Below are positions 22,558-32,720 of a DNA stretch of 64,000 bases, piece after piece. How positions within the stretch are numbered: the stretch's first letter is position 1; each line of letters begins with the position of its first letter. Under the pieces are notes generated by a model. It saw only the letters and a program-made list of their open reading frames with translations. It was not told the origin of the DNA and did no database searches. This DNA comes from Tetramitus jugosus. Lineage: Eukaryota; Protista; Heterolobosea. Made by a program: the position numbers and the translations under genes. Location: contig OW569380.1 of NCBI GenBank assembly GCA_937625935.1, positions 1 through 64,000 on the forward strand. Direction: 5' to 3'.

Positions 22558-24012
22558 TCACACTGTCAAACTATTCCTTAACACCATCTTTTTCACTTGG
22601 GTGTATCGCACCGTAAATAATGCAGTGCTCGCGGTGGAGGAGAGATTGAAGCCGTCGATTGCGAGAGATAGCTGGAAGGTACCTGTGACCCACAAGTTGT
22701 CATTCTTCACGTAGAGGGAAGCACCACTGGCCACTCCTGTTCCATTGATGAGACCCGAGAAATTTCCATCATTGTCAAACTTGGCCACAAAGTATTGAGG
22801 GAAGCCATCATTGTTAGAGTAGGTGACTCCTTGAATTGTAATATTTCCATCATAGAATCCGGTGACGGAGCATGATCCAGTCGAATCACTACACGACAAA
22901 TCAGAGAAATAGTCAAACACATCTCCTCTTGTTGTTTCGAGCACTGCATTGTTTCCGTCTGGCCTATACTTTGCAAAGAAAGAGCCTGTCCCTGGAACTT
23001 CAATTACTTCATTGTTAGATCTCTGTAGGAAGTTCTGGAAGGGACCAGCAAAGGAGCAAGCTCTTCTGTCGTCAATTTGGACTCCAAAAGAAACTGAATC
23101 AATGGTGGTCATACTGTCGAACCATAGTTGAGTACCATCAGAGTTGAACTGCTGGAAGTACAGTGATACGGGAAGTGAAGTTAGGGTGACGTTACCTATG
23201 GTTGCTGTCTCGGAGGAACTGCCAATAATACAAGAGTACCCGTCTGCATTGGTAGCAATACCAAATACAAAAGTTGAGCCATTACCACCAAACATCTGAG
23301 CATCGAGGAAAGTTCGATTGAAGAACTTGGCATATAACGCACTGGAATCAGTGAAGGACTCCAATATTTCTGATCCCACTGTCATGTTTCCATTGAAATT
23401 ACCCACGAGATACAAGTTATCTTCACCATCAGAACTCAATGCAATAATCTCAGCAAAGTGATCCTCTGATCCCAGAACATTCAGGGAATAATCAAACACT
23501 GTTCCATCTGGATGATACTTGACAAAGAAACCTCTGGCAGTTTGGCCGCTAACATCCGAGATATCTTTCAATTCAGATGCAGGGAATTGAGCAGCAAAAT
23601 CACCAGTAAAGTTTCCAGAGAATGAACCTGAGAGGTAGAATCCATCAGACACTAGTGCAAGTCCATAACAGAACACATTTCCAGTTGCATTCAAGGATAT
23701 TACAAACTTTTCGGTCCCATCCGGGTACAAGACCAGAACAAACCCAGAGTGTGTATACAGATCAGTGTACACGGTAACATCACCAAATGAAATCTTCCCA
23801 CCACTCATGGAACCACAAACATATGAGGTATTGTCCTCAGCAACCACAATTTTGAAGCTGTCCACGATTATGTTTTCTTGGAGAGATGGTTGGTTTGTTG
23901 GGGCCTGAATGGCCCATATTGCTTTCCTTTCAATCGATGTATCAGTCCAGGCCTGAGAGCAAAGAAGAGCGAGGCAGACTGTCAGTAGCAACACTCCCAC
24001 CAATATGTTCAT
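22558..24012 (-). CDS. Secreted beta-propeller-like repeat protein, paralog 1 of 3
   Basis: Signal peptide; recurring DxxG / Y(L/V)xGxFxG / FxxK(Y/F) repeats; paralogous to the two neighbouring ORFs. Confidence 0.8.
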   Translation of the reverse strand: MNILVGVLLLTVCLALLCSQAWTDTSIERKAIWAIQAPTNQPSLQENIIVDSFKIVVAEDNTSYVCGSMSGGKISFGDVTVYTDLYTHSGFVLVLYPDGTEKFVISLNATGNVFCYGLALVSDGFYLSGSFSGNFTGDFAAQFPASELKDISDVSGQTARGFFVKYHPDGTVFDYSLNVLGSEDHFAEIIALSSDGEDNLYLVGNFNGNMTVGSEILESFTDSSALYAKFFNRTFLDAQMFGGNGSTFVFGIATNADGYSCIIGSSSETATIGNVTLTSLPVSLYFQQFNSDGTQLWFDSMTTIDSVSFGVQIDDRRACSFAGPFQNFLQRSNNEVIEVPGTGSFFAKYRPDGNNAVLETTRGDVFDYFSDLSCSDSTGSCSVTGFYDGNITIQGVTYSNNDGFPQYFVAKFDNDGNFSGLINGTGVASGASLYVKNDNLWVTGTFQLSLAIDGFNLSSTASTALFTVRYTQVKKMVLRNSLTV

Positions 24013-24355
24013 CCTAATGGTTCTTCTCAATATTCAAAGAGTATTGATGTTGTTTGGTTTCAGTGTATTACTCAGTGAACTGAGGGTAATATTTTTCAAG
24101 CCGAGAAAGGGTAACGATAAACAACCATTAGTTGTTTGGCTGAACTCGGTACCGATAGTTAGCGAATAGCTGAAAATAATCACCTCCTTGGCTTTAGCTC
24201 ACATAGTTACTCATCGCTTTCTCTCAAGCACTTCTTGCAGTAAGTGTTATGAATGCTGCTCATCCACTCTTTGAAGGAAAATTTACATGGATGAACACAA
24301 CAATTGCCAGATGAATATTTATTTACAAGAATTTTCTTTGCGGCACCTCAGTAAC

Positions 24356-25792
24356 TTAGGTGTACCTGACAGTGAACATTGTGATACCAGCGATGGAGAA
24401 GAGTTCAATATCGTCAAGGATTAGAGATTGCAGGAATATTCCAGTGACCCACAAGTTGTCATTCTTGAAGGCGAGTGAAATACCGATTGAGACTCCTGTT
24501 CCATTGATGAGACCCAAGAAATTTCCATCATTATCAAATTTTGCAACAAAGTATTGATCTGAGCCATCATTCGAATACGTCACTCCTTGGATTGTAAGAT
24601 TTCTTTGATAAAATCCGGATATGTAACATGATCCAGTGGAATCGCTGCATGACAAATCAGAGAAATAGTCAAACACATCACCTCTGGTTGTTTCAAACAC
24701 TACATTGTTGCCATCTGGTCTGTACTTTGTGAAGAAAGAACCCGCTCCAGCAACATCAACTCTTTCATTGTTGGATCTCTGCAAGAAACTCTGGAAGAAA
24801 CCGGAAAAGGAGCATGCTCTTCTCTCATCAATCTGTACTCCGAATGAAACTGAATCAATGGTGATCATGCTGTCGAACCAAATCTGTGTACCATCAGGGC
24901 TTAATTGTTGGAGATACACTGATCTAAAGGGTGCTGAATTTAAGGTTACATTTCCAATTGTTGTTGTATCAGAGGTGGTACCAATGATACAAGAGTATCC
25001 CTCTGAATTTGTCGCAACTCCATAAACAAAGGTCGATCCATTACCTCCAAACACCTGAGCATCGAGGAAAGTCCGATTGAAGAACTTGGCAAAGAAAGCA
25101 CTGGAATCTGTGGATGACTCTAATGTTTCTGATCCCACTGTCATGTTTCCATTGAAATTACCCACGAGATACAAGTTATCTTCACCATCAGAACTCAATG
25201 CGATAATCTCAGCAAAGTGATCCTCTGATCCCAGAACATTCAGGGAATAATCAAACACTGTGCCATCTGGATGATACTTGACAAAGAAACCTCTGGCAGT
25301 TTGGCCACTAACATCCGAGATATCTTTCAATTCAGATGCAGGGAATTGAGCAGCAAAATCACCAGTAAAGTTTCCAGAGAATGAACCTGAGAGGTAGAAT
25401 CCATCAGACACTAGTGCAAGTCCATAACAGAACACATTTCCAGTCGCATTGATAGTGGTGACAAACTTCTCAGTTCCATTTGGATACAATCCCAGAACAA
25501 ATCCAGAAAGTGTCGTGGGTTGTGTGTACACTGTGATATCCCCAAACGTAACTTTTCCACCACTCATAAAACCACAAACATACGAATTGTTTTCATCGTC
25601 CACTACTACTTTGAAGCTCTCTACGGACACGTTCTCGGTTCCGGATTCATTCCTGGGAGCTTGGAAGGCCCATAAAACCTTTCCTTCAATCACGGGGTCG
25701 GTCCAGGCATACGACCAAGGAATACAGAGACTAACTCCGAGAAATAGTAATGTCCCCAACAAGACCAAATGCTTAGTGTTCATCATTTTCAT
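24356..25792 (-). CDS. Secreted beta-propeller-like repeat protein, paralog 2 of 3
   Basis: Same repeats and signal peptide as paralog 1; 478 aa. Confidence 0.8.
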   Translation of the reverse strand: MKMMNTKHLVLLGTLLFLGVSLCIPWSYAWTDPVIEGKVLWAFQAPRNESGTENVSVESFKVVVDDENNSYVCGFMSGGKVTFGDITVYTQPTTLSGFVLGLYPNGTEKFVTTINATGNVFCYGLALVSDGFYLSGSFSGNFTGDFAAQFPASELKDISDVSGQTARGFFVKYHPDGTVFDYSLNVLGSEDHFAEIIALSSDGEDNLYLVGNFNGNMTVGSETLESSTDSSAFFAKFFNRTFLDAQVFGGNGSTFVYGVATNSEGYSCIIGTTSDTTTIGNVTLNSAPFRSVYLQQLSPDGTQIWFDSMITIDSVSFGVQIDERRACSFSGFFQSFLQRSNNERVDVAGAGSFFTKYRPDGNNVVFETTRGDVFDYFSDLSCSDSTGSCYISGFYQRNLTIQGVTYSNDGSDQYFVAKFDNDGNFLGLINGTGVSIGISLAFKNDNLWVTGIFLQSLILDDIELFSIAGITMFTVRYT

Positions 25793-26091
25793 TTGTGGTT
25801 GTTTTATTGATACTAGAACGTTGTTGAATTAGGGAAGTGAGACATATTCAATCCATTTTAATGTTGAAACAAAGCTCAAACAAGACCCTTAGAGACATCA
25901 GGGACAATAAACTGATCTCTTACAGCTTTTAGAAGTTTTTTTATGAAAGGGTGACATGGACAACTCCATCAGTCAACCTTCTTGACGTAAAGAAGATGTC
26001 CTTTTCAATGTTATGATATAAAATCTCATTTATTGTTCCCCAAGAAGATGGGACAAGTATTTACATGGATCTTCTTTTCTATGTTGATTTC

Positions 26092-27528
26092 TTAGGTGTA
26101 CCTGACAGTGAACATTGAAGATTCCGCAATGGAGGAGAGCTGGAAGTTATCAATTGTAAGTTGTTGCGAGAATAAACCTGTTACCCACAAGTTGTCATTC
26201 ATGGCGTAGAGTGACTCACCGACCGAGAGCCCGGTACCATTGATGAGACCCAAGAAATTTCCATCATTGTCAAACTTTGCCACAAAGTATTGAGCTAAAC
26301 CATCATTTGAATACGTCACTCCTTGGAATGTAATATTCCCGGTATAAAATCCGGTTACATAGCAAGATCCAGTGGTATTACTGCATGATTGATCAAAAAA
26401 AATGTCAAACACATCTCCTCTGGTTGTATCCAGTACTACATTGTTTCCATCTGGTCTATACTTCGCAAAGAATGATCCTGTTCCTGGCACTTCAATTCGT
26501 TCGTTGTTAGATTTCTCCAAGAAATGCTCGAATGGACCAGAAAAAGAGCATGCTCTCCTCTCGTCAATATCTACACCATACGGAACGGAGTCGTCTGTCA
26601 ACAATCTATCGAACCACACTTGTGTCCCATCGGAATTTAATTGTTGGAAGTACACTGACAAATATGAGGCAGAATCAATGGTAACATTACCAATTGTTGC
26701 CGTTTCAGTGGATGAGCCTACAATGCAGGAGTAGCCCTCTGAATTGGTTGAAATACCTATCGCAAGAGTTGATCCGTTACCACCAAAAGCTTGGGCATGA
26801 TGGAAATTTCCTTCTGAGTATTTCGCGTAGAATGCACTGAAACTTCCAGATGACTGCAACGTCTCAGGGCCCACACTAACATTCCCATTGAAATTACCCA
26901 CAAGATACACGCTATCTTCAGAGTCGGAACCTAATGAGGTAATCTCTGCAAAGTAGCCCACCGATCCTAATACATTTAGAGAATCACTAAACACAGTACC
27001 ATCTCTATGATACTTGACAAGGAAACCCCTTGTTGTTTGTCCACTATCGTCCGAGATATCTTTCAGTTCAGACTCTGGGAATTGAGAAGCAAAATCACCA
27101 GTAAAGTTGCCCACGAATGAACCAGAGAAGTAGAATCCATCAGATACGATTGTGAGTCCATAACAGAATACCTCTCCAGTTGCATTTACAGTTATCACAA
27201 ACTTTTCAGTTCCATTTGGATACAATGCAAGCACAAAACCAGAGAAAGTGAATGGTTCTGTGTAGACCGTGATATCACCGAACGAAATCTGTCCACCCTG
27301 CATATTACCACACACATAGGAAGTGTTGTCATCGTCCACAGTAATTTTGAAACTTTCTATGATAACTATTTCAATTCCAGATTCGTTCTTTGGGGATTGA
27401 GTGGCCCATAGTGCTCTTCCTTCAATCACTGGATCAGTCTGGGCATTTGACCAAGGGATACTGAGGCAAAGCCCCAGAACGAGTAAAGCTCCCAACCAGA
27501 GCAATTTGTTTCCATGTTTCATTGTCAT
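26092..27528 (-). CDS. Secreted beta-propeller-like repeat protein, paralog 3 of 3
   Basis: Same repeats and signal peptide as paralog 1; 478 aa. Confidence 0.8.
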   Translation of the reverse strand: MTMKHGNKLLWLGALLVLGLCLSIPWSNAQTDPVIEGRALWATQSPKNESGIEIVIIESFKITVDDDNTSYVCGNMQGGQISFGDITVYTEPFTFSGFVLALYPNGTEKFVITVNATGEVFCYGLTIVSDGFYFSGSFVGNFTGDFASQFPESELKDISDDSGQTTRGFLVKYHRDGTVFSDSLNVLGSVGYFAEITSLGSDSEDSVYLVGNFNGNVSVGPETLQSSGSFSAFYAKYSEGNFHHAQAFGGNGSTLAIGISTNSEGYSCIVGSSTETATIGNVTIDSASYLSVYFQQLNSDGTQVWFDRLLTDDSVPYGVDIDERRACSFSGPFEHFLEKSNNERIEVPGTGSFFAKYRPDGNNVVLDTTRGDVFDIFFDQSCSNTTGSCYVTGFYTGNITFQGVTYSNDGLAQYFVAKFDNDGNFLGLINGTGLSVGESLYAMNDNLWVTGLFSQQLTIDNFQLSSIAESSMFTVRYT

Positions 27529-27915
27529 CTCTCAATGGTTCGATTTTGTATTAGAGGGTATTGATATCTGATATTGTTTGTTGGTTCCTTGTAAGAAAAT
27601 TCTGGCTCAGATCCACAACTCGTAATATTACGAACATTTTCGAGAAACCTCAAAAAGAGATGAGGCCATGCAAACCATTTTAGTGTTTCAGGAACGGTAT
27701 AATTTTGCTCAAACCAATCCTTGACCTCATACATTTTGCTCATTGCACCCTCACATAAATAATCCCCGAACCATCACGTGATGAAAAAGTTTCCCGCCAG
27801 AAAAAGGACCGTTAACTTTTTAATTTCTTTTGTCACACTCGTTTTCACCTTTGCTGACGAATAAGAATCACCATCCGTCTCTGTACCAACCCATTTTTCA
27901 AAGCAGCATTATCTC

Positions 27916-28854
27916 ATGTCCTTCAATTCCAAACCAGATTCCTACGCCAACAACACCTGGGACAGCAAACTCTCCAAGTTTGACATTCTCGAAAAAGTTG
28001 GTGAAGGAACGTATGGTGTCGTGTACAAGGCTCAAGACCTCCAAACCGGACGTCTCGTTGCTCTCAAAAAAATTCGTTTGGCCAATGAGGATGAAGGCGT
28101 ACCATCCACATCTATCAGAGAAATCTCATTGCTCAAGCAATTGGACCATCCAAATATTGTTCGATTGTTTGAAGTGATTCACAGTGGCAATGACTTGTAC
28201 CTTGTGTTTGAATACTTGGACGATGACATGAAGAAATTCATGAGAAAGTTTAAACAGACGAGAATCGACCCAATGATTGTCAAGAGCTTTGTCTACCAAT
28301 TGATCAAGGGTATTCACTTGTGTCATGCTGTTGGCATTTTGCATCGCGATTTGAAGCCTCAAAACTTGTTGATTGAAGACAATAGAATTGTAAAGGTGGC
28401 AGATTTTGGTCTCGCAAGATCATTCACCACTCCTATTCCTGCTCTGACACATGAGGTTGTGACACTGTGGTACAGAGCACCAGAGATTTTGTTGGGAGCT
28501 CCTCAGTATGCTACTCCTGTCGACATTTGGTCCATTGGATGCATCTTTGTTGAATTGGCTACTCAGAGAGCCATGTTCCCTGCAGATTCAGAAATTGATC
28601 AGCTGTACAAGATTTTCCAGACATTTGGTACACCTGATGACACTGTTTGGCCAGGTGTTTCCTCTCTGCCTTACTACAAGAAGACCTTTCCAAAGTGGTC
28701 CGGAAATCACTTGTCTTACTTTGTGCCAGGTCTAGAGCCATCAGGTCTCGATCTTTTGACCAAGATGTTCATTTACAATCCAGCTGATAGAATATCAGCC
28801 AAAGCCGCCCTGAATCATCCTTATTTTGATGATCTTGACAAAACCAAGCTATAA
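27916..28854 (+). CDS. Cyclin-dependent kinase, CDK1/2-like (PSTSIRE)
   Basis: [50 protein letters not shown]. Confidence 0.97.
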   Translation: MSFNSKPDSYANNTWDSKLSKFDILEKVGEGTYGVVYKAQDLQTGRLVALKKIRLANEDEGVPSTSIREISLLKQLDHPNIVRLFEVIHSGNDLYLVFEYLDDDMKKFMRKFKQTRIDPMIVKSFVYQLIKGIHLCHAVGILHRDLKPQNLLIEDNRIVKVADFGLARSFTTPIPALTHEVVTLWYRAPEILLGAPQYATPVDIWSIGCIFVELATQRAMFPADSEIDQLYKIFQTFGTPDDTVWPGVSSLPYYKKTFPKWSGNHLSYFVPGLEPSGLDLLTKMFIYNPADRISAKAALNHPYFDDLDKTKL

Positions 28855-29041
28855 CTGAATAGGATTCATGTATAGAAATGGTAATGAAATGGCCAAACAC
28901 ACTTTGTCTCGCTGAGCTTTTGCTTTCGTCATCATAAATTTCTCCTCCTTCCATCGCGATCAAAGAATATTTGAACAAAATCAACTCTCTGTTCGACACA
29001 ACAATAACAAAACAACAAGTACCGCCACAATCATCATCATC

Positions 29042-29655
29042 ATGATCCCAAACATTTTTTATGTCATTGGATGCAGCATCTTTGCCACTGCTCTCACTAC
29101 ACTCGCAGAATGGTATCTCATTTACCGTACTGAAGAGTACAAGGAACTGAAACAAGAATTGGACGATGAGGAGAAGCAACGTATGTTTTCATCTTTTTTT
29201 TTTGGAGTTCTTCTTCTTTGCAAAGCTAACAACACACAATAACAACTTTGATAGTGGAAAAGGAAAAGAAGAAGAAGACAAAGAAGAGTGGAGAAAAAGT
29301 GAAGCAACTTGAAAAGCAAATTCAAGATCACAAGACAAAAATTTCACTCATGTCATTCAAGAGCATGATTTTTGGTGGTGTTGTCATGTTTGCCATGTTC
29401 TCTTACCTTTCCCGCACTTTTGACGGAATTATTGTCGGAAAATTACCATTTGAGCCATTTAGTCTCTTGACGAGCTTTACTCATCGTGGATTGCCTGGAA
29501 CCAACTATACGGACTGTGCATTTTTGTTTGTGTACATTTTGAGCACAATGAGCATTCGAACCAATGTTCAAAAGTACTTTGGATGGCAACCAGCCAACTC
29601 TGCCAATCCATTTGCTATGCCTGAGATGCCAGCAGAAGAATCCTCTACCAATTAA
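29042..29655 (+). CDS. TMCO1: TMCO1 (EMC3/Oxa1 superfamily); exons 29042-29180 and 29255-29655
   Basis: WYLIYRTEEYK, FDGIIVGKLPFEP, HRGLPG..TDCAFLFVY; GT..AG intron 29181-29254 with GCTAAC branch site joins the two frames. Confidence 0.93.
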
Positions 29656-30550
29656 TAAGACAGACACTCATGTGAATCATACATTCGCTTTCTTTTCTTT
29701 GACATTTGTGAAAAATTCACACCAAAAATATTGATGTGTGATGACAAAGTGATGTGAAGGAAAATTTTCTCCGTCAACATTGTGACAACTTTATTGAAGA
29801 TTGTGGGAATGATCTCGCTCGATGGGAGCCTTCTCCATGCTTCTTCTAGGTTGATTTCTTCTTGAAAAGATATCTAGATATCAATGGACTTGTTTTTCAT
29901 CTTTTTCTTGAGCTCAAACACTGTTGTTAAAGAATCACACCACCACTACTGGTGAAAAAGGTGTCACCTCCTATTTTGGACTGTGGCAAATCACCCAAAC
30001 ACCAAGTAGTCACGACACACTCAAAGTCTTCTTAAACTTGAGAATTGAGTCATGAACACATGGTGTTTGGACAAGTTGCCACAGTCCAAGCAAATTCTTG
30101 TGACTTTCAAAAAAAGAAGAGAGTGTCTCGAAAAAAGAAGAGTGGTTGTGTTGTGGACGAATCAAAGGGTATTCTAGTTTCCTTACCTTTATGCGTAGCA
30201 CAGCGACAGAAAGAAGTAGATTTTGTTTTGTTTGTTTTTCCCAAATAGCTTTTTGATTCCCACGCAAAAGATGTCGGTATCGCGGAGAATCGTCCTGGTT
30301 GAGTAAAGGGCACTGGCTTTTGTGCGGTTGGCCTGGCCGTGCACGAGGCCGTTGAAGCGACAAAATACGTATCCCTCCAGTTGCAAGAGATTGTAAAGAG
30401 GCATTGTGCACCAAGGTCTTTAGATTGGATGAAAAAACGGGTTCGAAAGAAGAGGAGATCAATCCCTGAACAGTGAGGCAGGTCTTGATATCATAACAAC
30501 TCATGGTGTGGAGGTATGATCATACGTGTTTATTCGCGAGTAAATCTCAT

Positions 30551-32356
30551 TCATTTTTGACAGATTATACTGGCATCACAAAAGAAACCTTGCTTGCGCA
30601 TGTTCCATAACTTGCGCTGCGTGGACTTGCTTTCCACTGTAATGACCATAAAATTGTGATCCAAACTTGAGACAATGTCCAGACTGACAACTTTTGTCGA
30701 TGGAATCAACAATGGGTGTTGTTCCCTCACTTGACGTAAACTGGTGAGATAGTCGAGTTTTGATGGCTCGCGTACTGACTCAACATTGTGTCCCAGTCCC
30801 AATTGACCATTTCTGTTGTAGCCACAGGCCCATATTTCATTTTCGTCCGAGGCGAAGAAACTTCGATGGCCTGCACAGATAATCTTTGTAATCCGATTCG
30901 TATAAAACTGTGTGGACTCATTGTCTGGCACAATCTTGAACTGAAATATGGGTGAGGTGTCGACATGCACACCTGTTTGTCCAAATCCATTGGAACCACA
31001 TGCAAAAATCCTCTGATCTTTTGTCCTGATAATCATGTGTTGAAATCCACAGGCAACATCCCGTACGTTGCCTTCAAACTCTCTGATCAGTGTTGGTTGC
31101 ATAACCTTGTTAATATCAGATGAGAGTCCAATCTGTCCATCCACATTATCACCACACACCCAAATATTGCCCTTGTTTGACAATAGTACGTGAAAGCTCG
31201 CTCCGCACACGATTCGTTCAATTGTTTCTTTGGCTCGAATAATTTCATCCATCATAACAGGTACGAGCACATTGGAGAATTGATGATTGGGACCCAATCC
31301 CAATTGACCATACTCGTTGGATCCACAGGCAAATATTCTACCGTCCTGAGCTCTAAACATTGAAAAATATTCGCCACATGCAACATCTACAATTGCATTG
31401 TTCGAACCAACGACACGATTCTCACTCAGATCCAATTTTTCAATCGTGTCCAAGTTGTCAAATGTTCCTACGCCCAAATTTCCAGATTGGTTGTCTCCAA
31501 CGACATATACTTGATTGTCCAAGGTGAGTAGTACTACAAAGAATGATCCACAAGCAATTTTCTTTATACTATTGTTTAACAACACTTCACCATTCTTACC
31601 ATTACCACTACTGCTACTACTACCATTGCCATTACTACTACCGTTACTACTACTGCCATTACCATTACTACCCATACCATTACCATTATTATTACCACCG
31701 TTACTACTACTACCACTACAATAATGACTAAATAATTGACTCGTTTCTTGATCACCACAAAATTTCAAAGTTCCCAAATGAGTCTGAAAAAACGAACAAC
31801 TATCACCACAAAACACCTTACTAATCTGTTCATAATCATTGCCCAACAATTTTCTCATATTGTACACACTTGGCGTACAACAATAATCAATAATGGGTAT
31901 ACCATTGATCCTTTGATGAGGTTGTTGATTAGTATCAACACGACGATTACAAAAAACTTGATTGGGCAGCATAAATTTTCGAATACTCAATTGACCTAGT
32001 GAATCATCTCCGAATCCACATAACACGACTGTATAGTCACAATGATCTCTATCCCAACAATAATTCGTATTATCATTGTCATGAGGATGATGATCAAAAT
32101 AGTAGTAGGATTGTTGTTGATTAGTAGGTGATGATGTTGATGATGATGACTGAAGAGATGAGATTAATGATAGAGTAGTCGATTGATCGAGTCTGATTCT
32201 CTTTGACGCATGTTCAGCTGAACCATTGTCATTATTGTTATTGCCATTATTATTATTACCATTATTATTATTATTACTATTGTTATTGTTGTTGATTTCG
32301 ATAATCTCTTGCATGTTACTGCCGCTGCTGCTGCTGTTATTATATCGCCTCTTCAT
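30551..32356 (-). CDS. RCC1-repeat protein with low-complexity N/S/G tracts
   Basis: Repeated ACG..(F/H), GxNxxGQLGLG units; first ATG at 32356. Confidence 0.9.
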   Translation of the reverse strand: MKRRYNNSSSSGSNMQEIIEINNNNNSNNNNNGNNNNGNNNNDNGSAEHASKRIRLDQSTTLSLISSLQSSSSTSSPTNQQQSYYYFDHHPHDNDNTNYCWDRDHCDYTVVLCGFGDDSLGQLSIRKFMLPNQVFCNRRVDTNQQPHQRINGIPIIDYCCTPSVYNMRKLLGNDYEQISKVFCGDSCSFFQTHLGTLKFCGDQETSQLFSHYCSGSSSNGGNNNGNGMGSNGNGSSSNGSSNGNGSSSSSGNGKNGEVLLNNSIKKIACGSFFVVLLTLDNQVYVVGDNQSGNLGVGTFDNLDTIEKLDLSENRVVGSNNAIVDVACGEYFSMFRAQDGRIFACGSNEYGQLGLGPNHQFSNVLVPVMMDEIIRAKETIERIVCGASFHVLLSNKGNIWVCGDNVDGQIGLSSDINKVMQPTLIREFEGNVRDVACGFQHMIIRTKDQRIFACGSNGFGQTGVHVDTSPIFQFKIVPDNESTQFYTNRITKIICAGHRSFFASDENEIWACGYNRNGQLGLGHNVESVREPSKLDYLTSLRQVREQHPLLIPSTKVVSLDIVSSLDHNFMVITVESKSTQRKLWNMRKQGFFCDASIICQK

Positions 32357-32720
32357 GTTTTTTGCGCGTTTTTTTTCCGGATGTGGAGGTTTTGATGGAG
32401 TTCCGAACCAATATTTCAATATTGTGAATTGATGAGGTGTGATCAATGATCGTTTGTTTCTAGAGAGAGTGAGTTATTGAGAGAGGATAGAGTCTCTTTG
32501 GTGAGAGTTGATATTGGGTGAAGAGGGTTTTGTTATTGTTGGAGAGAGTGTGTTCTTGTTGTTGTCGCTCCAAGGCCTTGGAGTAAAAATCAACAGGAAG
32601 TTTGGGAATCCCAGAATTGGATTCCGCACGCAAATGGCAAAGATTTGAGATGGAAGATCAAATGCCAAATGAAATGAAAAGCCAGTTTGTTCTTTATTAC
32701 AATGATGAGAAGGCAGCAAC

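Noticed and set aside
30250-30500. U3, RNase P/MRP or telomerase RNA
   Set aside because: Only superficial similarity (AAGACC..TTCAGGGAT on the minus strand); conserved boxes, P4 motifs and a telomeric template were not found.
31515-32432. Poly-Leu, Tyr/His and Val ORFs
   Set aside because: Alternative-frame readings of trinucleotide low-complexity tracts in the RCC1 gene; the same applies to 36303-36839 in the ELMOD gene.
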